Shown: piece after piece, positions 55,229 to 64,000 of the stretch
Layout of the letters: each line of letters opens with the position of its first letter
How positions within the stretch are numbered: position 1 is the first letter of the stretch
Source of the DNA: Octopus vulgaris
Taxonomy: Eukaryota
Assembly (NCBI GenBank): GCA_951406725.2
Contig: OX597825.1
Location: forward strand, 40,548,001 to 40,612,000
Reading direction: 5' to 3'
Length of the DNA stretch: 64,000 bases
Notes under the pieces: generated by a model
What the model saw: only the letters and a program-made list of their open reading frames with translations
Databases searched by the model: none
Told to the model about the DNA's origin: nothing
Made by a program: the position numbers and the translations under genes

Positions 55229-56559
55229 GGGAAGTCCTCTATGCTGATGACCTTGCTCTAATTACTGAGTCACTATCAGAACTAGAGGAGAAGTTTCAAG
55301 TGTGGAAACAAGGGTTAGAATCGAAGGGCCTTAGAATCAACCTAGTTAAAACCAAAGTCCTAATGAGTAGGAAGGCAGGCAAACCACAAATCCCTTCAGG
55401 TAGATGAACCTGCTCGATCTGTAGTAGAGGCGTAGGTAGAAACTCTATAAGATGTACCCAGTGTAAGCTATGGACACATAAGAGGTGCAGTAATATCAAA
55501 GAAAGGCTAACTGAGAAGACAGTTTTCGTGTGTGGCAGATGCTCGGGAGCAATAAACACTGAAAATGCGCAGAGACCAACTTCCGCCACATTCCAGGGAG
55601 AAAAAACGAGAAGTAGTTGATAGCTTCCGTTACCTAGGTGACCAAGTCAGTAACGGAGGAGGATGCGCTGAAAGTGTAGCTGCTAGAATAAGAATAGCTT
55701 GGGCAAAGTTCAGAGAGCTCTTATCTCTGCTGGTGACAAAGGGTCTCTCGCTCAGTGTAAAAGGTAGGCTTATGACGCTTGTGTACGAACGGCCATGCTA
55801 CATGGCAGTGAAACATTGGTTGTGACTGCTGAGGACATGCGTAAGCCAGTATGATCCAATGTATGTGTAATGTCAGTGTGCATGCTCGACAGAGTGTAAG
55901 TACCTTGAGAGAAAATTTGGAACTAAGAAACATTAGATGTGGTGTGCAAGAGATACGACTGCGCTGGTATGGTCATGTGGCGAGAATGGATGAGGATAGC
56001 TGTGTGGAAAGGTGCCACACCCTAGCGGTTGTGGGAACCTGTGGAAGAAGTAGACCCAGGAAGACCTGGAATGAAGTGGTGAAGCACGACCTTCGAACAT
56101 AAGGCCTTACCAAGGAAATAACTAGCGACCGAGACTTTTGGAAATATGCTGTGCTTGAGAAGACCCGACAAGCCAAATGAGACCATAACCTGTGGCCTAT
56201 GCCAGGAGCGTAACCAGACCGCTTATGCGTACCTTTTCCTTCTGCTTGCGAAGACCTGTTGAGGCAAGTGGAATCAAAATCAAAATCAAATTCGACGACT
56301 GGCATCCGTGCTAGCGGGATTCAAAGAGCACCATACGAATGTGATCGTTGACAGAGCGGCTAACCGGCTTCCGTGCCGTAACAAGCACCCACTACACTCT
56401 CGGAGTGGTTGGCGTTAGGAAGGTCATCCAGCCGTAAAAACTCTGCTAGATCAAGATTAGAGCCTGGTGCTGACGTCTGGTTCGCTAGCCCTCAGTCAAA
56501 ATCGTCCAACCCATGCTAGCATGGAAAGCGGACGTTAAACGATGATGATGATGATGATG
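55229..56559 (+). mobile_element. 5'-truncated RTE-group LINE
   Basis: EVLYADDLAL..GLRINLVKTKVL, a Cys-rich insert, VDSFRYLGD..RIRIAWAKFREL and RLRWYGHVARM..RPRKTW. 3' UTR ends CCATGCTAGCATGGAAAGCGGACGTTAAAC(GAT)n. Confidence 0.9.
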
Positions 56560-56567
56560 AAGACGAC

Positions 56568-56606
<39 letters not shown>

Positions 56607-59600
56607 CATACATACATACCTACATACAAACATACATACACATAAGAAACACACATACATATGATTAAATAAGAGTATGTATTTGTATGTGTAAGTGTTT
56701 TACGATAAATGTGATATACTGAACAGTACACCGTTTGTTGATCTTGAAAAGCCTATACGTTCAGTCGCTATTGTAGAACAAAATCACCTTATAGTCGGCT
56801 GTATATTGCATGCAATATGGGTGCTGAAATTTCGGAAAAAGTGAACAATAAATATACCTAGAAGGAAGATATACTTTGGCAGTTAGCAGAGAAGGGGGTT
56901 TGGAACAATCCTTTTTACGATCCACTTGACGCGTCTGATTTTTAAGCATGTTGATTGTCTAATCACCTTATCAATTGATAATTATTTCTGAAATATAGCA
57001 CGAGCTACTGAGTGTTATGGCTTTATCTTAATCCTATCAGTCTTGTGACACTCCTCTTACTAGCAGTTGCGGAGTAGTTTGTGTTACAAACTTTTCAGTT
57101 TCGTTATACTGAGGACACTGACGACAGGTCATCTCTGAATGTAAAAAAAACTAATTAGCCTAATTATTTACTGCTTCTCAAAGACTGAGCTACCGAATGA
57201 TGATAAACCGAAGCGAAACTTAAGTTGAGTATTCAGTCAACAGAAACAAAAAAAACAACCTCACTCACATTTAGAAATAGTATCTAACAACAAGCTACAC
57301 TGGAATTTAAATACTTGATATGTTTCTGAATTATATGATCAAGAAAATAGAAATTATTTACTAACAAAATACAAAAATTTTGCTGCCCTACGAAGCACAG
57401 TTGTTTGACTATTTGTCTTGAAGGGAATGCATTATACGTTTTACTGGTAACGTCGCAATTTCATGGAACAGATAGATATTGCCAGCGACAAATTCTTTAT
57501 CACTATAAACATGCCCAACGAAAGAACGAGCTCGTCTTGACCTTGAATATATAAACCAAGCATTATTTGTAAAAATTCTTCAAGCAGACATAAAATGCAA
57601 AACCAAATTCTGCGTAGATTTACAGGAAATTACAAATTGGCTAGAAAACAAGTGTATTTGATTTAGACGACTCCACCACTCGAATGGGAAATCCGTACGT
57701 GGGCTGGTCTGACTTAACACAGATTAGGGTGGGCGTGATCAGCTAAAAGAATCCGTGGTCATTAAATTTCTCCTCTCAAATCTCAGTGTAACAAACACAT
57801 TCTACAACATTAAAATTTGCTGAAAATTTCCTTGACCTGGACATTGGCGTCACTTGTGATATGTGCGGTTTCTGTTTTGCTTGTGCAGTCGGAAAACTTT
57901 AAAAATACGACGATAACTATACCAAAGACATCCTCTTTCTTTTACGATCAAAATAGCGAGACAATTTTCAAAATCAAAAGCAACCACCTGAGCGGACATT
58001 AAACGCAATAAACATGAAAAATGTGGATATCATAAAATTGTATTTTATAAGAGAAAATGGGACATGGGTTACTCTTTTAGCTGCAGAGTAACTCCCTGAT
58101 ATCATTATCAAAATATTTTGGACAGGTAAATCATCTAAAGTGAAATGGCTTTTAGAAATGCCCTCATGCATCTATTCTGCTGAATATAAGTGACCAACGG
58201 AATACTCAAATCAGTTCAGAATAGTAAAATTGAAAGCATGAAGAACAGCTTGCACACATGTATACGGCTGTTAGAATTTGCTTTGATTCTTTGCAACAAA
58301 GATTGCTCGCATTCCTTATCTAATCGAATTTTCACACTTAACTGTTTTCACACGTAACTGTTTTTCTGATTCAAATTCCTACAGAGCAACTAGGCAGATA
58401 AATTGAGCACTGTTCTAATTACTCGAAAAACGGAATGTAAATGATGTAGTTGATAATGGAGCTATAACTTTCTAAAATAAAACAAAAATGTAAATAGTAA
58501 GTCAAACTCAACGGTGAAAAATTATCTGTCAAGTAGCTCTCGACAGAGCTCCTCTCAGATAACAAGGTTTCTTTCCCTTATGTCTCTCTGAGAAAGAACT
58601 GATAACACTAAACTTTACAATATACAGCATCACAAAACGGTATATGTAGAAAACAAACAAGGGTGACTTAAATAACTATAGAGAACATTTTTAACTGGCT
58701 AATACAGGAAAAGTATTCTTATCCTCTAGATCTCGGAGAATGTATACCTTAATAATCTCAATGTTAGTCATGACGAGCCAATCTACCATTGACATGATAC
58801 TCTGATTGTATAAGCTTCAGGAAAAATTCCGTAAATAGGAACAGGTGCGTAATAATGTCTTCGTATATCTACATAATCTAAATTATTTGATAACGTCAAC
58901 AGTTTATATGTATTTTAGATACTGAGCCCTTTGATATTGCTTATGCTAGGTGCCACCGTCTACGAAGTTACGAAGATCACTGTAGAATTTTAGGGTTACA
59001 TTTCAAATTGTTTTCATATAAAAATTGATGTCAGGGAGGGTTTGAAATATTTTGCTGACTGAGTTTTGTGTACATTCAGAGAAACGCAAAATGTAGCTTT
59101 CCTCCATTACAAAACTGATGTATAAATAAAACAACCGATATCATACACCAAAGTACTAAAATGTAAGCTTCTATATCTATTGTTTGAATGCATCACGTGT
59201 TACTTAGATTGAGTCAATGCTATAACAAGTGATCTACAAGCAGTTTTTAGCATGCAAATATTTTCAGTAAGTAGGAAGTAGAAAGATATTACCATGAATA
59301 TATATGCTTTAGTTACATTTTTCTACAAAGGCACTGTTATGATATTTTTGTTGGTTCAGCGGAAGAAGGGATTAGTAGGATAGGTAAAACAGCCACAATT
59401 TTATGAACACATTTTAAAAAGGCATGGTAATATTAAAAGAACCTATGCAATGATTTATATAAGTCGGAGACATGATCACTGATAACACTGATATATAATG
59501 CAGAGCTATAGACTAAGTACTAAAGCTTCAAGAAAGATTAAATTCATTCATTTTGCTTAAACAAGGTCTTAAATATCTATTGCAGTTAACGCAACCGATA

Positions 59601-61688
59601 AACATGATGTCATTCCTGTATTAACAAAACTGATTATAGCTGAACCTTGTACAATATATGACTACAAATGAATCCTACTGCACCTGATATTCGCAGTTGC
59701 TTTTGTTTCAAATTGTTTAGGGTGTTAATAAAAGAGGAAGACACAAGTCACTGATCAAGTAGCGTATTCGTCACTAGAAATAGGAATGTGCACTAGAACA
59801 GATTCAAGGAAAAAGGTCAAAAGAAGTCGAATCATTTTACATGAGAGAAATGTAGCTCTCGCTTAAATACATCACAGAAGCAAAGAGAAACGACAAAAAA
59901 TGATCTGAATTTGTTGTAAGGAACAACATGGACATTGATGTGGAAACTTGTACTCAACACAGGATAAAACTTCATTCCTTATGCTTGTATATAAATACGT
60001 ATATTTTTGCGAGATTGTAGAGACATAGAAATATCTGCATTACCCAAACAGACGCACAAACACCACGCACCGCCTAAGATATATATTGACCAATCAATAA
60101 TTTTTAAAATGGTTTTCAAGAAACATTCACTCATCCTACATTCACTTCTGTTAATTTAGTTTTCGTGTCTCATATTGAAATGTGAATTAGTTGGTAGCAT
60201 TTGACAAGTACATGTAGAATACAGAATGAACTCTTCAAAATCTTGCCTCAAATAATATAATTCTGATTTTGCATTAATTCTTTTATAATCTCTACTTGGG
60301 ATATATAATTGATATTAAACATACTAATTATTATTGTTATTCGTAAGTAATATATGATATACTAAGATTTTATTTCCTCCAGTTCTTTCTATATTGTTAA
60401 TATAAATCAATATATTTCTTTTCAGTCGATCAATATAAGCATAAGAAAACTGTTTCTTAATTGATTTAACATTTACTATAAATATTAAATTTCTTTGTTT
60501 CTAAGTTTGTCATAATCTGTCGATTATGATCAAAACGTACATGGTATAGTATATACAGTGAGCATATCTTTAAACGAAATATTCTTTGACCTCAAGGTTA
60601 ATAAATAGATTATTTCATATATTGCATTCTTAATAAATAAGTTCAATAATGTCTTTATGATATATATTCCAATCAATAATTTCTATTTTTCCCAACATAT
60701 AGTCAACTTAATAGTCTTGCTTCCATTTTACATTTTCTTGTGTCATTCTGAAAAGGAAAATGTCGAAAATAACTAATAAATTCCTTGGTTGCTGGGAATA
60801 ACATTTATTTTTTTGCTTATATCTAAATAATTTATATTTAGACAGAATATCTCTTTTCTTCTAATTTCTGATTCTTTCTAAGGAATATATAAATAACTTA
60901 TAGATATATAACAGTAATTAATGATTCATTAATGATATGAGTTTACAGAGAACATATAGCCGTTATAATGAAAATATTCGCTATATAGTTATGCAAAGCT
61001 TCTCCCGATATTTTCTTGATAAATTTGATAAACTTTACTAAAATATTAATAATGACCATTCATTATGCTAAATGCCATGAAAGTTGATAAACTAAAGCTG
61101 ATGTAATGAATATTTATTTGATATTTATTTTAGTAATACGCTTACATCTTTTCTTAATTTGAAATAAACAGTAGTTTTCTGTTTTCCTTTATCAGATGAA
61201 TGACGAGTATATCCATTTTATATATCAGTCGCAAAAATATACATTCTTGCTATATACGCTCTTCATTATGTATTTTCCTCAATATATTCAGTTTCATTTA
61301 AGTATATAGCTAATATTCTTCATTCAACTACCATTAGGATGAATCAAATATTAATCTCTGGATGTTTGAGAATTATCATCTACAAAATCTAGATTATCGT
61401 TAAAAACATATTAAAATTGGAGAGACAGAACTCTCTCTCTCTCTCTTACTTTCTCTCTTCCCCTTCTCTCTCTCTGTACCTTTACACACGTTCATATGTT
61501 TAAATATATATATGTAAATAACAACAGTCATATACATATCTGAATATAAGCACACACACACACACACCGCCATATATATATATGTGTATATGCGTGTGCG
61601 TGTAAGCATGAATGTATATGTATACATACATACACACACACGCGCGCACAAACACACACATTTATATATATATATATATATATATATG

Positions 61689-62025
61689 CGCAGGTGAGGT
61701 TGTGACATAGGAAGCTTGCTGGCTTGGGCAGGTGTCTTCTACTATTCTACTCCAGCTTTGGGCTAAGCAAAGCCTTCTGGGTGTGTATGCATGTGTGTAT
61801 GCGTATCTATCTGTGTGTGTCTCCATGTCTGTGTGTGTCCCCCACCACCACTTGGCAACCGGTGTCGGTGTTTTTATATCCCCGTAACCTAGTGGCTCGA
61901 CAAAAATCCGATATAATAAATACTAGGCTAAAAGTAAAATAGGTCCTGGGTTTCATTTGTTCGACATACAAGGCGGTGCCCTAGCATTGGCACATTCAAA
62001 TGACTGAAATAACTAAAAAATAAAA
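61689..62025 (+). mobile_element. SINE (internally deleted)
   Basis: CGCAGGTGAGGTTGTG..AAGCTTGCT head, TTGGGCAGGTGTCTTCTACTAT core and AAGGCGGTGCCCTAGCAT..CAAATGACTGAAA tail. Confidence 0.75.
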
Positions 62026-62034
62026 AATGCATAC

Positions 62035-62081
<47 letters not shown>

Positions 62082-62082
<1 letters not shown>

Positions 62083-62650
62083 CAACGGTAGTGCCCCAAC
62101 GAAAAGAGGTGTGTATGAGAGTGTTATTGTGCCGACAATGTTATATGGCGCAGAGACGTGGGGGCTGAGAGGCGCGGAAAGGAGTCAACTGACTATATTT
62201 GAGATGAGATGTCTGAGGGCTATGGTTCGTGTGACATGGATGGACAGTATGAGGAGTGAGGAAGTTCGTAGATGAGCAGTAATGAGAGAAAAACTATCAA
62301 ACAAATTAGATAGACGGACGTTAACATGGTTTGGCCTCATGGAAAAGATGGATGAGGAGCGGATGGTAAAGAGGGGGATTAAGGCTGAAGCGGTAGGCAG
62401 CAGAACCAGAGACAGACCTCGCTTTCTGTGGACGGATAAGTGAATTTTATTGATGCTCAAAGGGGTACGGAACCATCATGATGAGTCGAGGTTAAACCAG
62501 CATATGCTGTCGAGCCCCGCTGCTGGTACTAGGGATTGCATACTATGCCTTGACCCGAGCATAGAATATGAATCTAGGGGATGAATGAAATGCCTGGTAT
62601 GTGTCTTGTTATGGATACTCACTCCTAAAAGGAAAATGGGGAGTAGACCT
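62082..62650 (+). mobile_element. LINE (RTE-like) 3' fragment
   Basis: VYESVIVPTMLYGAETWGL..FEMRCLRAM..WMDSMRSEEVRR, then LTWFGLMEKMDEERMVKR..GSRTRDRPR. Confidence 0.8.
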
Positions 62651-62675
62651 GGGTGTATATATATATATATATAGT

Positions 62676-62990
62676 AAAGGCGCATGGCTCAGTGGTTAGA
62701 GCGTCGAGCTTACGACCATGATGTGAGTTCGAACCCTGGACCTAACCGGTATGAGTGTTGTGTTCTTGAGCAAGACACTTTATTTCACGTTGCTCCAGTT
62801 CACTCAGCTGCAGAAATGAGTTGCAACGTCACTGGTGCCAAACTGTATTGGCATTTGCCTTTCTCTTGGATGGCATTGGTGGTGTGGTAGGCTGGTATGC
62901 ATGGGCGACTGCTGGTGTTCCATAAACAGCCTTACCCGGACTTCTAGTGAAATACCATAATCATTCGTGATCGAGATGGCTCTCTGCATA
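62676..62990 (+). mobile_element. tRNA-derived SINE, full length
   Basis: A box TGGCTCAGTGGTTAGAGC, B box GAGTTCGAACCC and GTGTTCTTGAGCAAGACACTT core, between (TA)n tracts. Confidence 0.9.
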
Positions 62991-62992
62991 TA

Positions 62993-63031
<39 letters not shown>

Positions 63032-63070
63032 ATATATATATAGATATATGCATACTCACACATACATGTG

Positions 63071-63100
63071 TACTAGATTTATTACCTAGCGTTGCCCGGT
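63071..63100 (-). mobile_element. Helitron-type 3' terminus
   Basis: Reverse complement ACCGGGCAACGCTAGGTAATAAATCTAGT: GC-rich hairpin followed by CTAG|T. Confidence 0.55.
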
Positions 63101-63158
63101 ATATTCACGGAATTGTTTGTCAGTTTGTAGAACGAGGAATTCATGGTACTTATGTATG

Positions 63159-63206
<48 letters not shown>

Positions 63207-63727
63207 CTAAATTCTGGACTTATTTAATTTGAAATAGCCAAACAATAGTAATCAATTTAATGTTTGAAGAAAATTGTGAGTAAAATCACCACTAACACAA
63301 TCTCTTCAACCACCACCATTATTCCCGTCACGACCTCCACTACCACCACCACCGTTATTACCCGCTGGCAACGCTCCCTCCTCCTTCTTCGTTCTATCAC
63401 TAGCTCATGTGCGATCCTCTGACTCAATACGTTTCAAATGGTTTAAACGTGTCTAATAACGACACTTAATGATCACCTCCTCCCTCGCTTCTTCTTTATC
63501 ATATCTCGTCACATTCTCCTCCACCCACTACACATCCGCACTTATTTCTTCACCTCTTACTATTGCTCGTCTTTCATATAGTGTTTCCCCAATCCTTTCC
63601 CTTAAATCTATCTCTTCCTCTTACTCAACCACCACTAATGTCGCTCACTCTCCCACTCTCTTTTTTACCTCTCTCTTTCTCTCTCGCACTGTTGTGTGTG
63701 TGTGTATATATAAATATATACATTTAT

Positions 63728-63762
<35 letters not shown>

Positions 63763-63764
63763 GT

Positions 63765-63870
63765 GAAGGCGCATGGCTCAGTGGTTAGAGCGTCGAGCTT
63801 ACGACCGTGATGTTGTGAGTTAGAACCCTGGACCTGACCGGGATGCGTGTTGCGTTCTTGAGCAAGACTT
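63765..63870 (+). mobile_element. tRNA-derived SINE, 3'-truncated
   Basis: Nearly identical to the head of 62676-62990. Confidence 0.85.
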
Positions 63871-64000
63871 AGAGAGTGATAGAGTGAGAGCGAAGACTGT
63901 GTGTATAAGTCACAGATAGCGTACGTGGTTTGTGTTGATTCACACGCCATGACATTCATTATATGTGCGTGTATTCTGTATGTGTGCTGGAATGACGGAA

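Noticed and set aside
62676-62750. tRNA gene (also 13316 and 63765)
   Set aside because: A and B boxes are present but there is no acceptor stem closure, and the sequence continues into a SINE body.

Overview
AT-rich, repeat-dense animal genomic DNA. The SINE/LINE repertoire and microsatellite load look cephalopod (Octopus-like), which is an inference. No intact host gene or spliced exon could be supported. Recognisable elements are decayed Penelope-like elements (PLEs, Naiad-type GIY-YIG), a mariner, a hAT remnant with a nested foldback element, R4/Dong-type and RTE LINEs, a Helitron, Tc1/mariner and Chapaev-like fragments, tRNA-derived SINEs and many microsatellites. The best finding is a 360-bp-period partial tandem repeat at 12671-13229. 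It sits in (TA)n and carries a minus-strand type I hammerhead ribozyme at the tip of a long rod, the architecture of a retrozyme (circular-RNA-derived retroelement). About five unrelated hammerhead families lie in the first 19 kb, each with a different palindromic stem III. One PLE has a TGA exactly at a conserved zinc-finger Cys (possible selenocysteine). The 'unique' DNA between transposons reads like densely packed, intronless decayed ORFs, possibly a fossil large DNA virus, but the family was not identified. All alignments and folds were done by eye.
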